From: Phoronis australis
Taxonomy: Eukaryota > Animalia > Phoronida
Length of the DNA: 64,000 nt
NCBI GenBank assembly: GCA_002633005.1
Contig: NMRA01000989.1
Span: 1 to 64,000 of the forward strand
Reading direction: 5' to 3'
The notes below the pieces were generated by a model. That model worked only from the letters and a program-made list of their open reading frames with translations, ran no database searches and had not been told where the DNA came from. This document shows, one piece after another, positions 50,545 to 62,055 of this stretch (its first letter is position 1; the number at the start of each line of letters is the position of its first letter). The position numbers and the translations under genes were made by a program.

Positions 50545-53114
50545 ATTTGTCTGAAAAAAGTTCGAAATTATTAAAAGTGGCTTTCATTTCTTTATCTTCC
50601 AAAAACAGATATGCATTATAATTCAAAATTTTGACTACTAAGTAGGTTAATTTCCCAAAACGTTTTGTTAACATCAGTATAAGTTTCAGAGAAGAGCTGC
50701 TAACAACTGTCAATATGGTAAAATCTCACCAATTGTGGACAAAAATAATTGCCAAAAATTGATCTTTTCTCACTTTTGAAAGACTTCTAATATTGTGAAT
50801 GCCCAGAATTCCTCAGAGCATTGTCAGATGGTGGCTAACTTATAGAACTTATAACTGCTGCAGTATTTATTTTGTACTGAATATAAACTTTTTACTAAAA
50901 ATTAGAATTTCACCACCACACTCTATCTTAAATTAGTGAAATTTTAAATGTACCTATTATGTGCAGGAAATTAATCTGATTCAGTCTTTCAGAAATAGGA
51001 AATGACTCTTTTGGCAATTAGGTGTATGCAAAATACGAGAAGATAATTTCACACAAATTGTTTGTAATGTTGTAATGAAGGATACACAAAAAAGGCTATA
51101 ACACCTACAGCACACTATCAGGTGTGCGTAGGAAAAAAGAAACGGTACATAAATAAAAAAACAATGGTAACAATAACATTCAGCATATTTCACTTTATAT
51201 AAACGTTCAAGATGAAATCTCTAAAACGCTAATACAGTTTTCTAAATTATTATCTCGTTTTAGTTTAATGCAACTTGCAAACCTGTTATAAATATCGTAT
51301 TTTTATAGCCCCCTCATGCAAAAGTTGAACATTTTAAAAACAATCCCTAACAGAGAGCAGTTGACAAAGCAAAGTATCTGAAAGTTTCAAATGAATCCTA
51401 TAAACCACTTCTGGAATACCGGTAAGATGTTTGGAAGTTTGTCAAATTTGGGCAATTTAAGTGAAACACACTGAAGCAGAACAATTAAAACCAGTCAATC
51501 ATTGACCTTCAAAAGGAATGATTTCAAAAATCCAAATATCGACAGAAGCACACCAAGTTAGGACATAACATGGCAAGGGAAATGTTAGTTTTTCACTTTT
51601 TATGAAACACTATGTCATTTGTAAATTCATGCCATAGCTATCACCAGGCAATGTCTTGATTAACTGTGGGCATTCACAGCGATTTTGGGACACTAAATGG
51701 TTACATGACAGGTGAAATTCATTTTGTCAAACATCTCAATAAAAATAACTTTTCAGGAAAATTTACTTTGCTTTTAGCATGATTAGTACCAAACAACATT
51801 TGGTGAAAATTTGAGTTTTTGTAATAATGGGGTTAGCCTCTGAAAAACGAAATATTGTAATTTCAGCAATTATTGTCCCAAACTGAAGATTTTTTTGTTA
51901 TACTGTCTGAAATTGGTGAGAAAAAACTTATCGTTAATTGATTAAACTGCAACGCGATTACCCTGGCTAATAATGTACTGTACAAAGAGGAAACTTTCAA
52001 GAATATTTTAGTGTTGCTGTACTTTAAATGTATACAATATGTCGGCACTGCTCATCACATAACTTACATTGCAACAAATTTAAGTCTGGTCAAACAACCA
52101 GGCATTTACGCTAAATAAGAAGTTTGTGAAGAAACAAAAAAGATCAGACATAAATCAACAATCCGCAGAACTTACAGTTCGAACTGTATCCCAGCTGTAT
52201 AATGACACTTTACTTTCCCTGGCAGCAATGGGATCTTTTGCTCTTTCAAATATTCATGTCCCAGAGAAAACTTCGATATCTATCTCTATACTAAGACAGT
52301 CTCATGTCTTGACAACAGGGACTACAAACAGAAGCTGGGGAAACGCAAACATTATACAGCAAATCTACACTGCCAAAACTTGATCTGGTCAAACACTGCT
52401 ACTATAAAGGTGTTTGCTGGTAACCCATTGAATAAACAAGGACCATTCACCTCAAAGTTAGGCACTATTTTCTTTAATTTTATGAACTCAGTCTGACTTT
52501 TTTGAATACATAACACAGAGACTGATATTTGAGAAATAGGAAGCACACAACCTTCAAACATCATAAAAAATCTCATTTGATTTCAAATCCAGAGGACAGT
52601 GGTTTTTTAAATTGAGGCAAGTCCATATCTCCATCTAACCGAACTTTTTAGGAGGAATTCAATTTCAGACAGTTAGAAAAATCACCAATTTTAGCCTACA
52701 ATATGTATCAATTTATTTTTGCCAGTGTTTTATTGTCGTAAAGTCATTGCTTATGTGGTAAGTGATCTATTACATAATGGGACCTTTATATCTTGACCAC
52801 AGCAGGCACAAACCTATTGGCAAAGTACAAGGGGTTGTGAGACTACTGTGTGTGAATGTGACTTAATCTCAAGATCACGTATGTGTGAACTTGGAACTGA
52901 ATATTCATTTGGGCCATCAGGTGAAATTTTTTGTTCGGTGTAAAGAATTTTTTGAAATTATCGGCCTTATGATCACCCACTTTCTCTTTTAGTCTAATGT
53001 GTCAAAGAATCAGAGGAATATGTGAATGGTTAAACAAATTATTCTTTGGTCGACAATAGTTGAAAATGGATTGGTTAAAATTTACATTATTTTATTAACA
53101 TGTATTTTGATTTA

Positions 53115-53597
53115 AGGCCCTTTCATATTGACTTAACTCCTATCTGAGGGGAGCGTCGATGTAACTGGATCGTTCATACTGGCTTCGAACATCCGATAAG
53201 CGGTTGTGTGCCGCTGTCGTCATCGAAGTTATCGCAAGATAGCGTTGCACGCTAAGATTTTTTTCAATGTTTCAATTTGGAAACATTTACATGTGCTAAG
53301 TGACATTAAACTTATTTTAAATCGATTGGTTATTATTAGAGTAAAATATAAGCAGCTATTAGTGACGGCACTACCCCGTAACTGTTGACGATAACAGTGG
53401 CACCTGGCGATAACTTCGATTGGACCGGAGTTAAGTGTTCATACTACACCGCAGTGTCGACGCTGTGGTCTTAAATCCACCTGTTAACTGCGATGTTAAC
53501 TGGAGCTGTTAACTGCGATCCAGGACCGGAGTTAAGCATTCATACTGACCGCAACTCCCCAAACCATCGACGCGTCGACGTTAGTATGAAAGGTCCT
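53115..53597. mobile_element. PIF/Harbinger-like MITE nested within an older inverted-repeat element (52847-53724)
   Basis: TIR AGGCCCTTTCATA...TATGAAAGGTCCT, TTA on both flanks, repeated TTCATACT motifs. Confidence 0.75.
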
Positions 53598-53893
53598 TTA
53601 GTGCAGTGCAAATTTTTATCAATGTGAACGTGATTATTAGAGTGAACTTGTCAAGTTTCCGTGTGTATTCCAAGTTCACGCATATGCGATCTTAAGATTA
53701 AGCACTATTCAAAGTTCACACACAACAAAATCGCCTGAATTTCTAATGGAATCAAGAAACTTCAATTTCAGTATTCCAAATTTCTGAGACTCTGAAACTA
53801 GAGAATTTTTACTGCATGTAGCAATGTGATACCCTTTTGGTTGTATTACAATACTGAGACAAGAATCTTAACATAAGGAATATGCTGTCATAC

Positions 53894-53996
53894 TCCCCTG
53901 GCGTGAGCAATGTAAAAATGGCCAGTTGCCAATTTGGGCAACTGAATGAACGACTGCCGTTCAAAAAAAGTGTGGCTGCATGAGTATTTCCTCCAG
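53894..53996 (-). other. Possible internal 5'-UTR exon (contains a 6-codon uORF)
   Basis: ttcttcag| acceptor and |gtatga donor around a less AT-rich 103-nt segment; ATGCAGCCACACTTTTTTTGA inside. Confidence 0.25.
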
Positions 53997-54084
53997 CTGA
54001 AGAATTAAAGATAGCAAAGGCCTCTTGAGGTGTCCCTCTATGCGTAAAAGGTACTTATAACATGACTGATGGTTTAATCAGCAT

Positions 54085-54699
54085 TACGGCATTCTCCTGT
54101 TAAAACCACCTTTTTGGGTTGTATAGCACAACAAGAAGTTGGGCAGATGACCGCTGTAGCCAATATCATACATGACTGATTAAGTTCATTCTGTTATTTA
54201 TGGTTGGAGAGTCGACTCTCTCGATAATTGCTCTGATTTCCGATAAGATCGTATCAAGCCTGACTGGCTGTGCTGTTAAAAATAAAAGTCAGAAAGTTAT
54301 AAAATACTTGAACATAAACCAATAACATTTCTGAATTCTTCATCAAATGTTGATCATGTTTAGTTTTTGAATTGCCAAAATTGCCAAACTACAACCAAAG
54401 TTACAAGCTAAGATAATCTATAGTGTCTGAACATATACCAAGGCACGTACTGGGTTTGACTGCCTTCATAAGCAGTTGGTTATAAGCCTGATAGATAATT
54501 GGCAAGCATGTTGTCATACCAGACAAAAGACTGTGCTGGGCAGTTAACAAAGGAGCTAGATGTTATCACACGCTTACAACCACTCTAAGTCTGAACGAGG
54601 GAGCGAATGAGTGTGAGGCATAATTCGCTAAAAAAACTTCCGGTGTATGAAGGCCCTTGTCTCTACTGAGACCAGTTGAGACAGTAGCATGTCAATCTA

Positions 54700-54757
<58 letters not shown>

Positions 54758-55625
54758 CCTTGGAAGCTTATTTCAATCTTTTAGAACATGCCTCCAGTAT
54801 ACACGATATAACCAAAGAAAGGCCATTATACAGCAGTTCAGATGCACCAAATGTCAGATATAGAAGTGCTGGAAGTCTAGCGAAATTTGCAATCTCCCCA
54901 CTACGTAATGCGCCAGTCGATCCGTATTATTGACTTTTGGTTGACCTTCACAGTCGGGGTCATTCATTGTCTGACCCACATCAAAAGTCAAGCAGCAAGT
55001 AATCACCGTCACTCATAGTGCCGGATTCCACTTGTACTAGGTACAGTAGAGTTCAGTAACGTTAGAACCTAATGCTAAGACCTCGCTAAAGTTTAGCCAA
55101 AGTCAGGTGTTTTCAATTGAAATAAACGGCAATGTCTCACAAAGTCTTGCTTTAGTGAGGTGTTAGCTATTAAGACATTCTCCTGTTGAATGCAACTTGT
55201 TCGGTTGTATAGCAAAACAAAAAGTTGACCAGATGACCACTGTAGCCAGTATCTTACACAACTGATTAAGTCCATTCTGGCATTTATGGTTGGAGGCCCA
55301 GCTCTCTTTTGTTCGATAATTGCTCTAATCTCTGATAAGATCATATCTAGCCTGCATAACTGGGCTGTGTTATTAAAAATAAAAGTTAAACTCAATAACA
55401 TTTCTTAATTTGTGGTCAAATGCTGATCATATTTAGTTTTGGAATCACCAAAATTGCCCTACTACAGCTGAAGTTAAAACAATTAACTGTCCGAACGTAC
55501 AAACGCACGGGGTTAGACTGTGTTCACATGGTGGTCAGTTATAAGCATGTTGTGATACCAGGCAAAAGACTGTGCTGGGCAGTTAACAAAGGACCTTATC
55601 ACAGGCTCACAACCCTCTATGTCTG
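54085..55625 (+). repeat. Two diverged direct copies of a ~500-bp sequence (54085-54590, 55176-55625) separated by a spacer with (TA)n
   Basis: Shared blocks CATTCTCCTGTT...CAGATGACC.CTGTAGCCA...TCGATAATTGCTCT...AAAAGACTGTGCTGGGCAGTTAACAAAGGA. Confidence 0.85.
54704..54756. repeat. (TA)n microsatellite
   Basis: Uninterrupted TA dinucleotide run. Confidence 0.98.
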
Positions 55626-56046
55626 CTAAAGCCACTGAATGGGAGAATGCCCTAATCATGCACGCACCCAAGGGGACTTGGAGGGATTGAATGAGCCCCC
55701 CCATTTGATGAAGTGAGCACAAAAACGTCTACCTCAAAGCAACAAAAACACCAAAAAAGCAGAAAACGAGACAAAAGTTGACTAAAAAGGCAGCAAATAC
55801 TAAAATTCAGCAAATGCACGATTCAAAGCTCTAAAACACCCTGTGAATCTTAGTAAAAGTTCCAAATTCTCAAAAATTCAAGCCACCCCATTATTCAGGT
55901 TGGGTGCGAGAATGGCAATGGTTACTGAACTCACTGGGTTGGCAGCGACTTGCTACACATCTATATTTCAGTGTATGACACATATGCAGTGTTCCCTTCT
56001 TTGGATCAAAATAAGGTCATGTGGAGAATTTCTTACAACTATTATT

Positions 56047-56275
56047 AAAAACGCTTGGTCTATTTACACCGGACTTCTAGTCTATATACACTGTCACGAC
56101 GTTTCGGTCGGTCTCTTCTCCGGCCATCGTCAGGTGTTCCCGCGTTCTTAGAAGAATGAGCACGGATACGTGGTACACTCATGGTGTGATTTTTTGTGCG
56201 AGGCAGGATTTGAACCCACAACTTCTGAAACTACAGATAATTCGAGTCCAGCACCTTAACCACTATACCACAGAG
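56047..56275 (-). mobile_element. tRNA-headed SINE-like unit carrying a hammerhead ribozyme and Pol III terminator
   Basis: A box TGGTATAGTGG, B box GGTTCAAATCC, then a hammerhead core, then TTTTT; no earlier T4 run on the transcribed strand. Confidence 0.72.
56095..56136 (-). ncRNA. Type I hammerhead ribozyme motif (GUC cleavage triplet)
   Basis: cac-CTGACGA-T-GGCCGG-agaagaga-CCGACC-GAAA-CGTC-gtg: complete core, helix II with one mismatch, palindromic ACGT helix III, helix I cac/gtg extendable by acgc/gtgt and ttcta/tagaa. Confidence 0.75.
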
Positions 56276-56609
56276 TAATATTTTATGTATTATCAATATT
56301 AAGGCAAAAGAGATCTGGTTTCAACATATAATAGCATCTATTTAACGATATGAACATACGTAGGTAGTAGCATTCACTATAAACATATTGGTGGCCATGA
56401 TATGAAAACAGCTGACAGAGTGAAGCACTGAACTCATCATGTTACAACGGCAGTGTGACGTCAGTAGCTGCTAAGTCAAAGTGTTGGGTCAAGATTCAGT
56501 TCCCACAAGAATGTCACATGACTGTGAGCTGTGCTACCAGAGTAAAGCATCATTGCATCCTGCACCATCTGTTTGTGGTAAAGGTTTTGGATGAGCGGGT
56601 ACCTTTTGC

Positions 56610-56955
56610 CCGGGTGCCCGATTTTGAGGAAGTTACAAGTAATCACGCCTATTAACAATCAAAAAGTCCACGGGACACAAAAATTACAAATTTCACTTGA
56701 TTTCTTCCCATGCTATTTTGCAAGTGTCACGTGTCAGGTCACGCGCTTCTCTCAGTCTCGACGCTAACCTTAGCCTAACTCACGTGACTCAGTTGAAATA
56801 TTTTGTGGTTATCGCGCGCGCGGTGAAAAAGTTAACAGTGACAAAAAAGGGGAGTTGGAATTCTTCTGCAAAGTCACCTTAATTCTAGTAGATACTTTAT
56901 CAAAGATATGTGCACAAGCACTGAGCTATAGGAAGGATCACTGAAGAAAGTAAGC
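56610..56955 (+). repeat. Dispersed repeat, copy B (of 16410-16740)
   Basis: Aligns with copy A by eye. Confidence 0.85.
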
Positions 56956-57256
56956 TCAATTTTATGTGATAGTTTTGAGTGTGGAATGTATTTTTGATGA
57001 GGTTGTTGTGAATGTTGGTTTGTGTGGTCTCGTCTTTCGTGTTGTCTTGTGTGTTCGTGTTCGTCCGAGGGTTTCCGTCAGTGGCCGGATGTTGTAAGTT
57101 CTAGTTTTGTCACGTGACTGGGGAATCGAGAGCTCTCTGTTCGTTTGGCACTGCTGCACGCAGGACGTCTGCTTTTGTGGGTCTTCAACTCAAGCGTGTA
57201 TTCAAGCTTTCATATGAGTAAAGCCGTTACTCAGTAAAGGTAAGCTGCACGAGAAC

Positions 57257-57632
57257 GGCACTAGTCGGATATAATGGACCCTAACTTATTCCAAATAAAT
57301 CCACTAAATGTAGGTCTAAATGAATGATTTTGGTATAGTTGCATTCCTCAGACATCTGGCAATCCGTACAAATCTTTTTCATGATCTCAATTACTCTAGT
57401 CTATAACTACGCCATTCCGAATTCGGTCCACTTTAGCCACGCGCATCGTGAAATCGGCAGCCACTTCAGGGAACTTACTATATCTATTGCCATCTATCGG
57501 GGATTTGCTACAACACGCGCTGTTCCTTTTTCATCAGTCAACATGGACAACGATAACATGACAATGACAGATACAATGATCGTGAGAGAGATGATGACGG
57601 TGATGACGAGAGCAGACGTAACGATAATTAAG
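57257..57632 (+). repeat. Left arm of a ~380-bp inverted repeat (partner ends at 60676)
   Basis: GGCACTAGTCGGATATAATGGACCCTAACTTATTCCAAATAAATCC... is the reverse complement of the sequence ending at 60676. Confidence 0.92.
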
Positions 57633-59195
57633 AATCAGTCCACGGATCCACCGACCACAGTACAGCCAACAAGCGGCAAGGTGTGGGGTCAACCATTCAG
57701 ATCCATGTTTAATCTGATAAATCACTTTAGGGATGAGAGAAAATGGGTGAAGTATGACACCACAAAGTTTGGTGGTTTAGGAGATACAAGGGAAGTGTTC
57801 TGGGGGGCAAAATGAGGCAATTTCTTGGTGTGGAATGAGTCATTTTTGACCAAATTTTCTACTCCAGTTTCTGCTTCAAACAGAATCGTTTCTGAACAAT
57901 TTTGATATCACATGATAGGTTCATGACCAATGTCAGTAAAAACGGCACCGACACTGCAATATCGGTTACCATGGTAANATGCTTTGAAGTTTAAATTTAC
58001 TCAATCAAGTAAATTCCACAGAGTTCTATATATTTTTACAACTTCTGTCCTAAAAGACTGACACGGTTTCTCTGATACCAATCTTACTGTTTTGACCATA
58101 TTCTGCGTATAGACTGAGCATGTCAGTCGGTCAGTAAGATATTTTGCATAGGAGGTTCTGTTCGAATATGTTGTGTAATAACTAATTGCCACAGCATGAC
58201 AAAAATACACTATCAACGGCGACCAATTTTGACTTATCATTCAAACCAATGACCTGTTCTCTATACAGTGTCAATAACTTACAAAAATTGTTACACTGTC
58301 AATAGAACAGTTGACTCTCATAAAGACACATAGTAACAGTAAGCAGGTAAGTCCCCCAGAGTACTAGCAGGTCGACACAGTCCATAAGATTCTGTGGACC
58401 CAATATCTAACCAGACTCAGCTGTGACATGTGAGCTTATATTTCAATCTTCTTGAACACTGCACGTCTGGTATACACCATATTAGTAAGTAGGCTAAAGA
58501 AAGGAGTAATGTGTACGCTATTACATAGTCATAAATGTCGTGGAACTCAGTCGAGGTTTGTAATGCAATCTTACCAATGTGTGACACACATGCTTTTCAA
58601 TCGGGGTCATTCTAATCCCGATCGAAAGTCAAGCTGATGTCATTCACAACAATTGATCTGACAACACACTTGTCACGTACGTAGACTACGGAGTGGCGAG
58701 ATTGCGAACCTTGCCAAATTTACGGCGTATCTATGTGTCCAGAGCTACATGATATCATATGCAGTACTCCCACTTTCATGGGATATATCAGAGGTATGAT
58801 CTAAAATATTGAAACAAGCTCATGGCTATGAGCCATGGCTATGATATTTCGGCTTTACAGTCTCACTGCATAATCACAACACAGTCTCTGGCAGTAGAAT
58901 AATTGAATTTAGAAATTAGTGGTCCCTGATTTTGAGAACCAGACAAGCAATAAGTAGCAAACATGTTTTTGGCGTGGATGAAACTGCTATGATCACCAAT
59001 ATTTTCGACCAGAGCCATCTGGTTGGCCGCTGGCCACTAGCAGTAGCACTGCACTGGCTGATACTGAAAATCGATTCATCTGATCAGTCACATCAGGACA
59101 GAAGTTTAATTCTTAAATCATTAAATCAACTGTTGATTGAGCACAACAAACAGGCACGTTTTGCAGTTACAAGGATAAACTAGATATCTACTTAC

Positions 59196-59290
59196 CTCAA
59201 AAGCTGACGTAAATGTATGAAATGGATACTGAAATTGTGAACAGATTAACGGTTTTGCACTTAAACTCAGTTTCCGGTTAGCTGGTCAGC
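59196..59290 (-). other. Putative non-coding first exon of the annexin-like gene
   Basis: Strong donor GAG|GTAAGT at 59195, no ATG in the exon, CCGGAAA ETS-like site and a GC-rich patch just upstream. The link to the gene is inferred. Confidence 0.4.
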
Positions 59291-59502
59291 GACACCTGTT
59301 GAAGAAAAGTTAAAACTTACTGCCCTCAGCGGCCACTCCCGCGGTGGCAAATTCTGTGGAAAATGACACTGTTTGGAAATTAGAGAGTGTTTAACCAATG
59401 ACTACCAATTATTTGATGTGACGAAAACGACTCACGAGCGCAGAGCGAGCAAAGGCCGGCGGCCGCTGGGCTCCGGCTGGAATGAAATGTTTACATATTG
59501 CC

Positions 59503-60198
59503 ACGGCAGTATATATTTTTCTGAATCATAGACGGATTTTTAACTTTCCTTTTTCAATTTGACTCTATTAAATGGACCTACACTTTGACAACGACACCGC
59601 TACGTTGGACCGACGTCGGACTCAGCACAACCAGTGATTTCTCGCACCCGGCGTCGCACCGGCGTCGGCACAACGTCAAACGTGCCCGACGCTGAGCCAG
59701 CGTTGGTTCGACGTCAAGACTGAACAATACTCAAAGAAGGACAAATGGGCTGACTTATGCACGACAGTAAATATTTTTCTGAATCACAGACGGATTTTTA
59801 ATTTTCCTTTTTCAATTTGACGCTATAGTTAAATGGACCTACACTTTTGACAACAACACGACGGACCGACGTCGGACTCAGCACCACATATGATTTTTTG
59901 CACCACGTCGCACCCGCGTCGGCCCAACGTCAAACGTGCCCGACGCTGAGCCAACGTTGGTCCGACGTCAAGACTGAACAATACTCAAAGTAGGACAAAT
60001 AGGTTGAATTATACACTGTGACTATAAAAAAAACTATCGCAAGCGTCAAATTTACTTGGAAAGGCAAAACAGGCTTTTAAAAGCAGTATCTCGTAGACCG
60101 CCGACCAACGTCGGACCAACGTCAAAAAACCGACCGCGACCAATCGACCTCGAGCCAACGAATGGCGACGTCGGCCCAACGTAGTGATGCTATCTGGG
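59503..60198 (-). mobile_element. Fragment of a CMC/EnSpm-like non-autonomous element (CCCAG terminus) with internal ~260-bp direct duplication
   Basis: Minus-strand terminus CCCAGATAGCA..., many CCAACGT/CCGACGTCGG subterminal motifs, duplicated units at about 59511-59760 and 59770-60010; the other terminus was not found. Confidence 0.55.
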
Positions 60199-60204
60199 GG
60201 TATC

Positions 60205-60676
60205 GAGCGATATCTATCGGCGATTTTCTACAACACACGCTGTTCCTTTTTCATCAGTCGACGTCATTGGTTGATTTCGTCAATAATTAACGGCAATCGT
60301 TATTAATCATCGTACGTCTGCTCTCGTCACCACCTTCGTCGTTTCTCTCACGATCGTATCTGTCATCATCATGTTATCGTCGCCCATGTTGACTGATGAA
60401 AAAGGAACAGTGCTTGTTGTAGCAAATCGCCGATAGATGGTGCTAGATATATAGTAAGTTCCCTGAAATGGCTGCCGATTTCACAATGCGCGTGGCTAAA
60501 GTGGACCAAGTTCAGAATGGCGTAGTTATAGACTAGAGTAATTGAGGGTCGTGAAAAGGATTTGTACGGATAGCCAGATGTCTGAGGAATGCAACAATAC
60601 CAAAATCATTCATTTAGACCTACATTTAGTGGATTTATTTGGAATAAGTTAGGGTCCATTATATCCGACTAGTGCC
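60205..60676 (-). repeat. Right arm of the inverted repeat; fold-back MITE-like copy with an internal ~50-bp inverted repeat
   Basis: Matches 57257-57632 in reverse. Internal ATCTATCGGCGATTT...TTTTTCATCAGTC / GACTGATGAAAAAGG...AAATCGCCGATAGAT. Confidence 0.9.
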
Positions 60677-60901
60677 CTCGCCAGTGACTTAAATGCAGGT
60701 ATCAAACTTCAATAAAACCCAATCGCGGTGTTCGTCCCTGACGGCCTGATTGCCTGCTGAAAGACCGCCAGCAGCCTTCCACCAGCAGTATAAATAAAAG
60801 AAACATCCGGGGAACCATAAAACTGACAAATCATAAGACTCCACAGAAAGATCAAGGATCGAATAATGTTGACGATTACAACACTATTTTAGCCTGTTAA
60901 A

Positions 60902-61760
60902 TATAGATTATTACGTGGCGAAGTCGTTATCGACGTTATTCCCCGTTATCTAGAGCCCGAGTGGATTTTGGAGAATTATCGCCCGACGGGGGTTAGCTCC
61001 GAGGGTGATAATTCTACAAAATCCACGAGGGCTCTAGATAACGGGGGATAACGACTGAGAACATAAAATAATCTATACCACATACTGAACGAGAAACATT
61101 GCAATGAATTGATCTACCTTTCTCGACTTTCTATGTCAGAGGCCTGGGGTCGGAGGTCGTGACCTTTTAAGAAAAGCCGAGCTATTTTTGTCAAATAATG
61201 CTTTTACTCAAAACCAATTGAAAATTTAAACAAAATAGAAATAAAGTGAATCTATAAATTAAGGTTTAGCAACTATTATAGCTTACTACACATTTTATCA
61301 CGCTAAGCTTCGACCGGGAAAATATCGTCTGCTAAAGTAGGTTGCCACTAGTAACTGAGTATATTGCTCAAGTCAAAGGATCCCGACGACACGATACCCG
61401 CATTCAAATTGGAGATCAGTCATTTACAAGTTAGAGAACACGAGAGAAAAATTTCACTGAATTAAAATATCGTTTTTATGGAAATGATGCATCTTATTTT
61501 TCATAGCGTATAAATGTCGGTACAATGCCCTTTGCTGAACAAGCGATTGTTGCGGGTGCTCATTTAAGTATTCTATTTTCACGTTCGATGACGTCAGCCG
61601 CTGAGTAGTGTAGTGGTAAAGTCGGTGACTCTTGAGGCCCGGGTTTGAAACCGGCCTCGGTTTCCCGCCAAAATGTTATCTCACTAGTGGGATAACTAAA
61701 TGGGTTATTACACGGTTGTATTTGCCATTTGACACTAATACTGTGGTATAATAATAAATA
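60902..61760. mobile_element. Unclassified non-autonomous element with a long terminal hairpin (60902-61077) and an internal tRNA-like segment (61597-61662)
   Basis: Arms of about 50 bp CCCCGTTATCTAGAGCCC..GTGGATTTTG.AGAATTATCGCCC / GGGTGATAATTCT.CAAAATCCAC..GGGCTCTAGATAACGGGG; A box TAGTGTAGTGG, B-box-like GGTTTGAAACC. Right boundary approximate. Confidence 0.5.
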
Positions 61761-62055
61761 CGTAATAGATTGGCTGTGGGCCAGGCATCAATCATCATAG
61801 TCCGTCACAGTGACCACCTGTTTATATGAACATATCAGACAACATCGTCGAGACTACTGCACTGACACACGAACAATTTACACCACCGTCTTTACTCTAG
61901 TAGCTCTAGCTGACTAGAGACGGTGTGGCTCCCAAAGGTGTTTCATACGGGGAAGCTTTTCGGGAATTATGTCTCACCCTAACTAAAACATCAAGGTCAT
62001 TTTGTTATAAATATCTTTTGCACATAGAGCCAGAGGGACACCTCGATGTATTTAA

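Noticed and set aside
56965-57250. Possible solo LTR (TG start, AGTAAA, GGTAAG)
   Set aside because: No matching CA end with TSD and no second copy in the window.
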